A stretch of DNA of 64,000 nucleotides from Longimicrobiales bacterium (GCA_038257485.1 JBBSJG010000001.1:3559-67558), one strand, 5' to 3'. Positions 46,587-55,571 are shown, counted from the stretch's first letter. The notes: a model not told the origin generated them from the letters alone. Program-made: numbers and translations.

Positions 46587-47573
46587 ATGTTGCACACACA
46601 ACTTCCAAGTCTGGCGCAGATCCAGGAGCCCGTGCGCGAGGAACTCCAGCATGTGGTCGACGAGCTGCGACGGATCGTCTTCAGTGATTTCCCCGCGATC
46701 GGTGAGGTGAATGATCACCTGCTCTGGGCGCGGGGAAAGTTGTTTCGTCCGGCACTGGTGCTTCTGAGCAACCGGATCGGTGGCACTGCCTATCCGCAGG
46801 CGATCACGCTGGCTGCGGTCGTCGAACTCGTCCACCTGGCCACGCTCGTGCATGACGACGCGGTGGATCATTCCGTACTCCGCCGGGGTGCACCCACGGT
46901 GAACGGGCTGTGGAACCACCAGACGGCCGTCATCATGGGCGACTACCTCTACAGCCGCTCAATCAGCACGCTGGCGGATCTGGACAATGTGGACTTTCTG
47001 CGGGTGCTGTCGCGTGCCGCGAATGAGATGAGCGTGGGCGAGCTTCGCCAGCTTTCGTCGTGCGATGCCCTGGCATTCAGTGAGACGGACTACGACCGGC
47101 TGATCGCGAACAAGACCGCATCGCTGATGTCCGCCGCGTGCGAGCTGGGTGCCGCCGCGGGCGATTCCATCTATCGCCTACCGCTGACCCGGTATGGCCA
47201 TGCGCTCGGTATGGCGTTCCAGATCGCCGACGACCTGCTGGACTATACGGGCACCGCGGAGGAGGTCGGGAAGCCGACCGGGCTGGACCTGCGCGAACAC
47301 AAAATGACTCTCCCCCTGATCGCGGCGCTGCGCGAGATGGCGGCGGGTCCGCGCAGCGAAGTCGAAGCGTTTTTTGCGGATCCGGTACCGTCCGACGACG
47401 GGATCGAGCGGGTCGTCAGCCTGGTCCGTGAACACGGTGGCCTTGAATATGCCCGTAGTCGTGCGGACGCATTTGGCCTGGTGGCGTCGGAGTCGCTGGA
47501 ATCCGTGCCGGATAGTGAGTCCGCGCGATCCTTGCACGACGCTGTGTCGTACGTGATCGGGCGTCGTCAGTGA
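46587..47573 (+). CDS. Polyprenyl diphosphate synthase (IspB-like, trans-isoprenyl)
   Basis: The first DDxxD context LVHLATLVHDDAVDHS and the second FQIADDLLD are both present. The start could also be TTG 46578, which overlaps the upstream stop. Confidence 0.85.
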   Translation: MLHTQLPSLAQIQEPVREELQHVVDELRRIVFSDFPAIGEVNDHLLWARGKLFRPALVLLSNRIGGTAYPQAITLAAVVELVHLATLVHDDAVDHSVLRRGAPTVNGLWNHQTAVIMGDYLYSRSISTLADLDNVDFLRVLSRAANEMSVGELRQLSSCDALAFSETDYDRLIANKTASLMSAACELGAAAGDSIYRLPLTRYGHALGMAFQIADDLLDYTGTAEEVGKPTGLDLREHKMTLPLIAALREMAAGPRSEVEAFFADPVPSDDGIERVVSLVREHGGLEYARSRADAFGLVASESLESVPDSESARSLHDAVSYVIGRRQ

Positions 47574-47609
47574 TGAAGAGAGTGTACACAATCAATCGAG
47601 GGATGTAGG

Positions 47610-47885
47610 ATGAGCGGACCGCGTCGGGAAGCTGTGCCCAGGATGGTTTGGGCGGTGGTAGTGGGCCTGTTCCTGGGAGCCCTGTTCACAAAGATCGCGG
47701 TGGTGTTCATGCCCGCGAGCGCGGCCAGGGAGTTTTTGACCACAGCGGTGTCGGCATCGCTCGGGCCACTGAGCGTCGACCTGATCGCGGTCGCGCTGGT
47801 ACTCGGGCCGCTGACCATTAATCTGAACGCATTGAGCCTCGTGGGGGTACTCCTCGTGGGGTTCGTGATGCGATCCTGGTTCTAA
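47610..47885 (+). CDS. Small hydrophobic membrane protein (possibly DUF4321-like)
   Basis: 91 aa with 2-3 predicted TM helices (VWAVVVGLFLGALF, LIAVALVLGPL, LVGVLLVGFV). GC3 bias is consistent with coding. The family assignment is from memory only. Confidence 0.5.
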   Translation: MSGPRREAVPRMVWAVVVGLFLGALFTKIAVVFMPASAAREFLTTAVSASLGPLSVDLIAVALVLGPLTINLNALSLVGVLLVGFVMRSWF

Positions 47886-47903
47886 CAACGCAGGAGATCG
47901 ACC

Positions 47904-48182
47904 ATGCCCAATATCGGCATGACGGAAATGATATTCATCAGTGTGGTGCTGCTTCTCGTGTTTGGCGCGAAGCGACTGCCTGAGTTGGGTGCCGGGATGG
48001 GTAAGGGGATTCGCGAATTCAAGCGATCCATCAACGACATCAAGCACGAGGTTTCGCGTGAGGATGAAGAGGCGCAGCAGATCCGGACGCCGCCAGCGCG
48101 CGCCCAGGTTGCGCCGCCGCAGCCCGCACCGACCGTGACGGCGGAAGAGATCAGGCAAGAGGACGGAACTACGTTCCGGTAG
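47904..48182 (+). CDS. tatA: Twin-arginine translocase subunit TatA/E
   Basis: MIFISVVLLLVFGAKRLPELGAGMGKGIREFK is the canonical TatA TM segment plus amphipathic helix motif. Confidence 0.9.
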   Translation: MPNIGMTEMIFISVVLLLVFGAKRLPELGAGMGKGIREFKRSINDIKHEVSREDEEAQQIRTPPARAQVAPPQPAPTVTAEEIRQEDGTTFR

Positions 48183-48203
48183 ACAGCCGGTTTGATGTGG
48201 TGA

Positions 48204-48249
48204 AAAAAGGGACCGGCCCGCGACATCGATCGCGGGCCGGTCTTTTTCC
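48204..48249. terminator. Bidirectional rho-independent terminator between convergent tatA and ppiD
   Basis: AAAAAAGG, then GACCGGCCCGCGA (48212-48224), a loop, TCGCGGGCCGGTC (48231-48243), then TTTTTCC. The A-run and T-run flank a 13-bp stem. Confidence 0.8.
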
Positions 48250-48272
48250 GTAGCGATTGCGTCAGACGTGAG

Positions 48273-50108
48273 CTACTGGCCTGCGGCCTGCGCAGCGGCC
48301 TGTGCCGCGTTGTTCTGGCGAGCGAGTTCCTTGCGGTTGTCCTCGATCTTCGCCGATGTGCGGAGTGCTGCGATGTACTGTGCCCACTTCTGTTCGCCGA
48401 GCGCCTGCAGTACCTGCGCACGCTGCTGTGCCTTCTGTCCTTCGAATGCAGCGCGGTCGAGCGGTGCGCGCTCTGTAGCCTGCACCACGAACAGGCGATT
48501 ACCCGCCGTCAGTACGCCGCTCATCTGGCCAACCTTGAGGCCGAACACTGCACCGACCGCAGGATTGAGGCGGCCGAGGCCGGGGACGTTGTCGCCACGC
48601 GTGAACGCAGAGGCCTCGCCGACTGTCGACTTGAATTCCTGCGCGATGGCATTCAGATCCTTGCCAGCAATCGATGCAGCAACCTTTTCCTGTGCACGGC
48701 GGACCAGCTCGTCATCTGTCAGCGTCTGGCGGATGTTGGTTTTCGCTTCATCGAGCGTCATCGTACCGGAGTCGGTGCGAGCGACGAGCTCGAGCATGTA
48801 ATACGCTGTCGGCGATTCGAACACGGTGCTGACATCGCCGATGGCTGCGCTGTTGAATGCCCAGTCGAGACCTTCATCGGGAACGCCGACGCCGGGGATG
48901 AATGCGATGGGCGGTGCGAGTTCCGCGGTGCGCGCCTCGAGGCCGATGGCTTTTGCGGCCGCATCGAGCTTCATGTTCTCACCGAGGACTTCGAGCGAAT
49001 CCGCGCGGTCGAGCAGCACGTCCTCTGAAGCCTGTGCCAGCTCGATCGGCACCATCACCTGCTCTGTCGTGGCGAGCGTGTCCGTACGGCTCTTCACGCG
49101 CATCACGTGATACCCGTACTGCGTGACGAGCGGCTCACTCAACGTGCCGATCGGCATCGAGAATGCAGCCTGCTCGAATGCCGGCGGCAGCTGGCCGTTG
49201 CGGCCGACGAGAAGCTCCGTGCGCTGCACGCCCTGCGTCGTGTCGATCGCGATCTCGCGTGCGACCGCGTCGAACGTAGCGCCGCCTGCGATGCGAGCCT
49301 TCGCCTGAATGATCTTCGCGCGTGCCGCCGCCGAGTCTGCCGCCGTCGGCGTGCGGTTCAGCAGGACGTACTTGACGTTGGCCTTGGCCGCGCGGGGATA
49401 CTCGTCCTTGTGGGCATTGTAATAGTCACGGATCTGGTTGTCCGTGATGGTGACGTCCTTGACGGGAACCACGTCCGCCGGGGTGATCATCACGAACCTG
49501 GCAGACGCCTTCTCATTGGCGTCCTGATACATCCGCCACAGCTGGCCGTCGGTGACATACGCACCGGCCGTGCTCTGGAAGTACAGCTTGCTGCGCGGAA
49601 TAATGTCGCGGTAGTAGGCTTCCAGCTGCATCAGCATCTGGTCATCGACAGCGGGCGATGCCATGAAGGCCTGGTACTTTGCAGGGTCGAACTGGCCATT
49701 CGTCTGGAACATGGCATTGGACTGGAACTCCTGCGGCGGCGAGAGCATGGCGGCCTGGCGGATCTCCGCATCCGTGACGCGGATCCCGCGGCGCCCCAGC
49801 TCCTGTGCCAGCAGCTTGTTGGAGATCACCTGGTCCCACGCAGCCGTCCTGATCTGCGCATCCATCGCTGCAGTGATTCGGCCGCTGCCGATCTGGGACT
49901 GCTGCTGCTCATACAGGTTCCGGTACACGGCGTCATATTCGACCGCCGTGATCTCGTCACCGTTCACTCGGCCCATTACGCCGCCGGCTGCCAAAGACGT
50001 GGAGCGACCGGACAGGTCCATGCCCCACTGGAACACCATGAGACCCACGAATGCCAATGCTGTGAGCAGCATGATCCATTTCGTGTTCTCGCGCATCTGA
50101 CGCATCAT
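48273..50108 (-). CDS. ppiD: Periplasmic chaperone / peptidyl-prolyl isomerase PpiD-like
   Basis: N-terminal anchor MMRQMRENTKWIMLLTALAFVGLMVF, a SurA-N-like region, and a parvulin domain (GTLSEPLVTQYGYHVMRV). The start is ATGATG at 50108; the ORF-track extension to 50390 is rejected. Confidence 0.8.
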   Translation of the reverse strand: MMRQMRENTKWIMLLTALAFVGLMVFQWGMDLSGRSTSLAAGGVMGRVNGDEITAVEYDAVYRNLYEQQQSQIGSGRITAAMDAQIRTAAWDQVISNKLLAQELGRRGIRVTDAEIRQAAMLSPPQEFQSNAMFQTNGQFDPAKYQAFMASPAVDDQMLMQLEAYYRDIIPRSKLYFQSTAGAYVTDGQLWRMYQDANEKASARFVMITPADVVPVKDVTITDNQIRDYYNAHKDEYPRAAKANVKYVLLNRTPTAADSAAARAKIIQAKARIAGGATFDAVAREIAIDTTQGVQRTELLVGRNGQLPPAFEQAAFSMPIGTLSEPLVTQYGYHVMRVKSRTDTLATTEQVMVPIELAQASEDVLLDRADSLEVLGENMKLDAAAKAIGLEARTAELAPPIAFIPGVGVPDEGLDWAFNSAAIGDVSTVFESPTAYYMLELVARTDSGTMTLDEAKTNIRQTLTDDELVRRAQEKVAASIAGKDLNAIAQEFKSTVGEASAFTRGDNVPGLGRLNPAVGAVFGLKVGQMSGVLTAGNRLFVVQATERAPLDRAAFEGQKAQQRAQVLQALGEQKWAQYIAALRTSAKIEDNRKELARQNNAAQAAAQAAGQ

Positions 50109-50259
50109 AAGAACAAAACTCCTGCCAGCGACGGCATCTCGAAAAAAGTCGGGATACAAGCGATGGAAAGTAGCCTGCGGACCGACTCCTATCAACCCGC
50201 GGTTCACGATCCTCCCGTTCTGTGGTATACTGCGATGTTGAAAAAGTGGGCCGGACGCG

Positions 50260-50288
50260 TTGACACTCGAACCGGGCGTCTGCATTAT
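50260..50288 (+). promoter_or_regulatory. Sigma-70-like promoter for the second acidic TPR gene
   Basis: TTGACA (50260-50265), 17 nt, then CATTAT (50283-50288). A second, extended -10-like TGGTATACT lies at 50223-50231. Confidence 0.4.
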
Positions 50289-50334
50289 GGTCCACTCACC
50301 AAAGCCTGTTCGTATTACCCTCCGTGGAGCGCGG

Positions 50335-52317
50335 ATGGCCGAAGCCCACCGGGACGAAATTGCCAAACTCGAGGCCCTCCACGCGAGCAATCCGGAGGGT
50401 CGTGTTTTTACACATCTGGCCGAGGCCTACCGGAAGGCAGGCGAGACGGAACGCGCCCGTCAGATCCTGATGGAGGGCCTGCGCCGCCACCCCGAGTCCG
50501 CGAGCGCCTACGTGGTGCTGGGCCGCGTCCTGAGCGACAGCGGGGATGCCGAGGGCGGATTTGACGCCTTCCGGCGGGCACTCGAGCTCGATACCGACAA
50601 CATGGTCGCACTGCGCTGGTGTGGTGATCTGGCGATGCGGGCCGGCCGGGTCGACGATGCGCTCGGCTACTACCACAAGCTCATCGCCCGCGACCCCTCC
50701 GATGCCAATCTGCGCGAACGGGTCGGTATCATCGAGGCGGACCGGGCGGCCGCCATGCATGCCACGCCCGAAGCGGCGCCCGCTACGGCGTCCCCCGAGG
50801 GTATGCCAACGACCCTTGCGTCCGCCGAGGCATCATTGTCCCTCGAGGGCGATGCGCTCGAGGACGGGTTCCTGCCCGGCCAGAGCGAAGGCGACTACGA
50901 TCCGGGTGATCTGCCCGGGGACCTCGCCGCGTTTGCCGGCCGCCAGATGGAATCGTGCACCGGGAAGCCGTGGACCCCCGTCCATACCGACGACGAGACG
51001 GCGGAAGCGGAAGTGGACGCGGAGATGTTCGCGGCGGATGGCCTGCTCGACCTGGGCAGCCTCGGACCGTCGGAACTCGATCCCGACAACTACGGAATCC
51101 CGCTGCCCGCTTCGTTCGAGGCCCCGGCAGAGGACGTTCTGGACACCGGCCTGCTGGATACCTCATTCGATGCCGACATGGCGTTCGATGGCGGCCTGTC
51201 GTTCGACGAAGGCCTGCCCGCCGATGATGAGCCGTCGCTCGAGGGCGACGATGCCGCGTTCGGTGGCGACATGGCATTCGATGACGGGTTGCTGGCAAGC
51301 CCGGAGGCCGGGTCGGTCGATGCGCCGGCGGCGTTCGACATACCGGCTGAGACTCCCGCAGAACCGGACTACGGATGGAATCCGTCGGAGGTAGAAGCGT
51401 CCGCCGTCGCATCCGATCCCCTGGACGAGGTGGATCAGGGCGGATTTGGCGATGCGATTGGCGTGATGGGCGGGATGGGCGGGATGGGCGGTGCCCTGCC
51501 ATCGGGTACAGCGCCGATCACGCCGGCTACCGAAACCATGGCCGAACTGTATCGCAACCAGGGGTTCCCTGAGCGCGCTGCGGAGGTGTACCAGCAGCTC
51601 CTGCGTGAGCGAGGTCCGGACGAGCGGCTCGAGCAGCGGCTGGCCGAGATTGAAGCAGATCTCGCCACGCAGTCCGCCGCATCCAGCGAGGAACTGGTGC
51701 TCGATCAGGATGATTCCGGCGAGATGTGGCTGCGCGATGCGGAATCGCCGTGGGTCGATGGCGGGTCGGTGGAGGAGTCGCCCGATTCGCCGTATGTATG
51801 GAGTGGCGATGCGGACGATGGCGCCTCGGCCGGTGAACCGATCGGCACCTATTTCCGGGCGCTGCTCGGATGGAAGGGTTCCGCCGCGGCATTCACGGAG
51901 TCCGTGGCGCCGGCCGTTCCGGAAGAACCCGAGATCATCTACGACGATGTCGTGTTGCTCGAGGACGACGCGCCGGCCGCAGCGGAGCTGATGCCCTGGG
52001 AGACGGCGGCGCCAGCCGCTGCCGAGGCACCGGTCGCGCCCGAGGCGCCCGAGGCGCCGCTGCCGACGCGGGTGAGCGAGGCGCCGCCGGTGGAGCTGAT
52101 GCCGTGGGAGACAGCGCCCGCCGCGATGGCGGCAGCACCGGAGAGCGTACCGGAGCCGACGAGCGGGGGGACGACGGAGGGCTCGTTCGCGTCCTGGTAT
52201 GATGAAGAGACCGGGACGGGCACGTCGTCCGGCGCATCGAATGCCGGGGAGGACGAGGGCGACGATGATGAAGACCTGGAGATGTTCAGGTCGTGGCTGC
52301 AAAGCCTGAAGAAGTGA
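50335..52317 (+). CDS. Large TPR protein with an acidic repeat-bearing core and a C-terminal amphipathic helix (function unknown)
   Basis: About 660 aa. ATG 50335 is preceded by GGAG at 50326. N-terminal TPRs are present (AEAYRKAGETERARQILMEGLRRHP...), followed by a D/E/A/P-rich core with internal repeats. It ends in DLEMFRSWLQSLKK. The ORF-track start 50260 lies on the predicted promoter. Confidence 0.75.
   Translation: MAEAHRDEIAKLEALHASNPEGRVFTHLAEAYRKAGETERARQILMEGLRRHPESASAYVVLGRVLSDSGDAEGGFDAFRRALELDTDNMVALRWCGDLAMRAGRVDDALGYYHKLIARDPSDANLRERVGIIEADRAAAMHATPEAAPATASPEGMPTTLASAEASLSLEGDALEDGFLPGQSEGDYDPGDLPGDLAAFAGRQMESCTGKPWTPVHTDDETAEAEVDAEMFAADGLLDLGSLGPSELDPDNYGIPLPASFEAPAEDVLDTGLLDTSFDADMAFDGGLSFDEGLPADDEPSLEGDDAAFGGDMAFDDGLLASPEAGSVDAPAAFDIPAETPAEPDYGWNPSEVEASAVASDPLDEVDQGGFGDAIGVMGGMGGMGGALPSGTAPITPATETMAELYRNQGFPERAAEVYQQLLRERGPDERLEQRLAEIEADLATQSAASSEELVLDQDDSGEMWLRDAESPWVDGGSVEESPDSPYVWSGDADDGASAGEPIGTYFRALLGWKGSAAAFTESVAPAVPEEPEIIYDDVVLLEDDAPAAAELMPWETAAPAAAEAPVAPEAPEAPLPTRVSEAPPVELMPWETAPAAMAAAPESVPEPTSGGTTEGSFASWYDEETGTGTSSGASNAGEDEGDDDEDLEMFRSWLQSLKK
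51175..51291 (+). repeat. Imperfect 24-nt direct repeat pair encoding DMAFD(G/D)GL
   Basis: The pair is GACATGGCGTTCGATGGCGGCCTG (51175-51198) and GACATGGCATTCGATGACGGGTTG (51268-51291). Confidence 0.8.
51466..51492 (+). repeat. 9-bp x3 tandem repeat (encodes MGG MGG MGG)
   Basis: ATGGGCGGG ATGGGCGGG ATGGGCGGT read directly at 51466-51492. Confidence 0.9.
51985..52116 (+). repeat. 24-nt direct repeat pair encoding ELMPWETA
   Basis: The pair is GAGCTGATGCCCTGGGAGACGGCG (51985-52008) and GAGCTGATGCCGTGGGAGACAGCG (52093-52116). They are 22/24 identical, and both differences are synonymous third positions. Confidence 0.9.
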
Positions 52318-52772
52318 GGATCGCCATCGTGCACGGTCCCAATCTGAACCTGTTGGGGCGGCGAGAGCCAGACGTGTACGGTTCGACGACGCTCGAGGAG
52401 ATCGATGCGCAACTGATCGCAGAGGGTTCTGCAATGGACGTCGAAGTCGAGACGTTTCAGGGCAACCTGGAAGGCGCATTGATCGATTTCATTCAGGCAT
52501 CCGCGACGCGGGTGGATGGATACGTAGTGAATGCGGCGGGTTACACACACACGAGTGTTGCATTGCTGGACGCGCTCGTGGGAGTGGGGAGGCCGTTCGT
52601 GGAAGTGCATATATCGAACGTGGCAGCACGCGAGAATTTTCGTCACAGTTCACTTCTGTCCGCGCGCGCGGCGGGTGTTGTGACGGGCTTCGGACCTGCG
52701 AGCTACTCACTGGGGCTGAGGGGTCTGGTCGAACGCCTGCGCACGGTCGGCGCGGGTACCGGCACAGCCTGA
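52314..52772 (+). CDS. aroQ: Type II 3-dehydroquinate dehydratase
   Basis: IAIVHGPNLNLLGRREPDVYG, NAAGYTHTSVAL and EVHISN motifs. The GTG at 52314 overlaps the upstream stop; the ORF-track ATG 52293 is the alternative start. Confidence 0.92.
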   Translation: MRIAIVHGPNLNLLGRREPDVYGSTTLEEIDAQLIAEGSAMDVEVETFQGNLEGALIDFIQASATRVDGYVVNAAGYTHTSVALLDALVGVGRPFVEVHISNVAARENFRHSSLLSARAAGVVTGFGPASYSLGLRGLVERLRTVGAGTGTA

Positions 52773-52787
52773 ACGGAGTAATGGACG

Positions 52788-53447
52788 ATGGCAACAGGCG
52801 GAAAGAAGCCCGGCAAGCTGGCGCGGGCCAAGAAGGCGGCGAAGACCGTACGCAAGGCGGCAAAGTCGGCCGGCGGTGCCGCGAAATCGGCGGGCACGGC
52901 GATGGGCAGGGCAGTGAAGGCCCAGGGCACAGCCGACAACGGGTCTGCCGAACAGATTGACCTCGCGTTTCTGCGCGGACTGATTGACGCGGTGGACAAC
53001 AGCGGCATCGATTCTGTCGAGATCGAACGCGACGGTACGAAGGTGCGTATCTCGAAGACACCGGCGGCGGCGCCGATCGTGAGTGCGTCGGCCGCGCAGC
53101 ACGCGATGGTGCAGCACGCCCCGGTACAGCACGCTGTTGAATCGTCGGCACCGGCGCCTGCTCCGGCTGCTGCGGCTTCGGTGGAAGAGCCGAAGTCGAA
53201 TCTGGTGGACGTGAAGTCGCCGATGGTGGGAACGTTCTACCGTTCGCCTGCACCGGAGGCACCGTCGTACGTAGAGGTTGGCTCGCAGGTCTCGAAGGGA
53301 CAGACGTTATGCATCCTCGAGGCGATGAAGCTGATGAACGAGATGGAGAGTGAAGTGGATGGTATTGTCCGCGAGATCCTGGTGGACAATGCCGATCCGG
53401 TCGAATACGGTCAGGTGCTGTACCGCATCGAGCCGACCTCGCGGTGA
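52788..53447 (+). CDS. accB: Biotin carboxyl carrier protein AccB with an atypical Lys/Ala-rich N-terminal extension
   Basis: The biotinyl-lysine motif CILEAMKLMNEMES lies in the C-terminal domain. The usual AccB N-terminus (LRGLIDAVDNSGIDSVEIERDGTKVRISK) begins only at about residue 57. The RBS GGAG lies 9 nt upstream of ATG 52788. Confidence 0.9.
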   Translation: MATGGKKPGKLARAKKAAKTVRKAAKSAGGAAKSAGTAMGRAVKAQGTADNGSAEQIDLAFLRGLIDAVDNSGIDSVEIERDGTKVRISKTPAAAPIVSASAAQHAMVQHAPVQHAVESSAPAPAPAAAASVEEPKSNLVDVKSPMVGTFYRSPAPEAPSYVEVGSQVSKGQTLCILEAMKLMNEMESEVDGIVREILVDNADPVEYGQVLYRIEPTSR

Positions 53448-53483
53448 GCGCGCGCACGGAATATACGGCAGCCGCGCAGTTCC

Positions 53484-54845
53484 ATGTTTCGTAAGGTCCT
53501 GATCGCCAACCGTGGCGAGATCGCATTGCGCGTTATTCGTGCCTGCCGGGAGCTCGGCATCCGTACGGTCGCCGTCTACAGCGAGGCGGACCGCGAATCG
53601 CTGCACGTCCGGTTCGCAGATGAAGACGTTTGCATCGGACCGGCCGCTGCGCGCGAGAGTTACCTGAACATTCCGCGCATCCTCGCGGCAGCGGAGATCA
53701 CGGGAGCGGAAGCCATTCATCCGGGATACGGCTTCCTCGCGGAGAACGCGGAGTTCGCCGAGATCTGCGAACGCAGCAACATCGCGTTCATCGGTCCGAG
53801 TGCGGACCACATCCGCCTGATGGGTGACAAGGCGATGGCGAGGAAGACGATGATGAGCGTGAACGTGCCGACGGTGCCGGGCAGTCCGGGCGCCGTGACG
53901 GACGCGGAATCGGCCATCGAGATCGCGCGCGACATCGGGTTCCCGGTGCTGATCAAGGCAGCGGCAGGTGGTGGCGGCAAGGGCATGCGTGTCGCGGAGA
54001 CCGAGGACGTATTTGCGGAGCGGCTGGGCATGGCGCAGAACGAGGCGCGCGCCGCATTCAATGATCCGTCTGTGTACCTCGAGAAATACCTGGCGCGTCC
54101 TCGACACATCGAGATTCAGCTGATCGGCGACAAGCACGGGAACATCGTGCACCTGGGCGAGCGGGAATGTTCTCTGCAGCGTCGGCATCAGAAGCTGGTC
54201 GAGGAAGCACCGTCGCCCGCGCTCACGGCGGACCTGCGCGAGCGCATGGGCGCGGCCGCAATCGCCGGTGCACGCGAGATCGGATACTACTCGGCAGGTA
54301 CGGTCGAATTCCTGCTCGACGAGGACGGCAGTTTCTACTTCATGGAAATGAACACGCGCATCCAGGTCGAGCATCCGGTTACAGAGCTTGTCACGGGTGT
54401 CGACCTGGTCAAGGAACAGATCCGGGTTGCGGCCGGCGAAAAGCTGACGGTGACGAAGACGCCGGTGTTGCGCGGCCATGCGATCGAGTGCCGCATCAAT
54501 GCGGAGGACCCGACGAGGAATTTTGCGCCGAGTCCGGGCACGATCTCGATCTTCCATCAGCCTGGTGGTCCTGGCGTGCGTATCGATACGCACGCATACG
54601 CAGGCTATCGCGTACCGCCGCACTACGATTCGCTGATCGGCAAACTCATCGTGCACGCGGATACGCGTGCAGAGGCGATATTGCGAATGCGCATTGCCCT
54701 CGAGTCATTCGTCATCGAGGGAGTGCACACGACGATCCCATTCCTGCACAACCTGCTGGATGACCCGGACGTTCTCGCGGGCCGGATGGATACGAAGCTC
54801 GTTGAGCGACGGATGGCGGCAGCGGCTGAAAAAAAGCCGGCGTGA
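53484..54845 (+). CDS. accC: Biotin carboxylase
   Basis: 453 aa with [21 protein letters not shown], the ATP-grasp GGGGKGMRV, and [14 protein letters not shown]. Confidence 0.97.
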   Translation: MFRKVLIANRGEIALRVIRACRELGIRTVAVYSEADRESLHVRFADEDVCIGPAAARESYLNIPRILAAAEITGAEAIHPGYGFLAENAEFAEICERSNIAFIGPSADHIRLMGDKAMARKTMMSVNVPTVPGSPGAVTDAESAIEIARDIGFPVLIKAAAGGGGKGMRVAETEDVFAERLGMAQNEARAAFNDPSVYLEKYLARPRHIEIQLIGDKHGNIVHLGERECSLQRRHQKLVEEAPSPALTADLRERMGAAAIAGAREIGYYSAGTVEFLLDEDGSFYFMEMNTRIQVEHPVTELVTGVDLVKEQIRVAAGEKLTVTKTPVLRGHAIECRINAEDPTRNFAPSPGTISIFHQPGGPGVRIDTHAYAGYRVPPHYDSLIGKLIVHADTRAEAILRMRIALESFVIEGVHTTIPFLHNLLDDPDVLAGRMDTKLVERRMAAAAEKKPA

Positions 54846-55561
54846 GAATCGACGTCGCATTCACGGCGGGTGAGCGCGGCGGTTCAGCCGTGAGCGGCCG
54901 CACCGCCGTCGTTGTCGACGTGCTGCGTGCAACGAGCACGATTGTCCATGCGTTGGTGAACGGTGCGAAGCACGTGATCCCGGTGGCGACTGTCGCCGAA
55001 GCGGCGGTCAAGAAGAACGAGCTGGGTCGCGACACCGCGCTCCTGTGCGGCGAGCGGGGCGGCGATCCGATATCGGGCTTTGATCTGGGCAACTCACCGC
55101 CGCAGTTCACGCGGGACGTCGTTGCGGGGCGCACGTTGGTGATGACGACGACCAATGGGACACCCGCGCTGCTGTCGACGTCGGGTGCGCGCACCTGCCT
55201 GGTGGCCTCGCTGCTGAATGTGGATGCCGTTGCTCGTCGCATCGTGCAACTCGGGAATGATGTGATAATTGTCTGCTCGGGCAGAGAAGGCCATTTCGCG
55301 CTCGAGGACGCTGTGTGTGCCGGCATCCTGGTGCACCGCGTGCGGACCGCGGGCGGTGTGCGGCTTCGCCTGGACGATGGAGCCCGTGCCGCGATCACAC
55401 TCGCCGGCCATTCACAGGATCTCGAGACGACACTGCTGCGATCTGCGGCGGGCCGCGACCTGCGCCGTCTCGGCCGCGGAAATGACGTTACGTTCTGTGC
55501 TCAGCTGGATCTCCACGATGCAGTGCCCGTCTTTGAGCAGCATCGCATCGAACTCTCCTAG
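54842..55561 (+). CDS. comB: 2-phosphosulfolactate phosphatase family protein (ComB-like)
   Basis: [36 protein letters not shown] and ALEDAVCAG match the ComB family. The GTG start overlaps the accC stop (GTGA). Confidence 0.8.
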   Translation: MRIDVAFTAGERGGSAVSGRTAVVVDVLRATSTIVHALVNGAKHVIPVATVAEAAVKKNELGRDTALLCGERGGDPISGFDLGNSPPQFTRDVVAGRTLVMTTTNGTPALLSTSGARTCLVASLLNVDAVARRIVQLGNDVIIVCSGREGHFALEDAVCAGILVHRVRTAGGVRLRLDDGARAAITLAGHSQDLETTLLRSAAGRDLRRLGRGNDVTFCAQLDLHDAVPVFEQHRIELS

Positions 55562-55571
55562 CCGCGAAATC

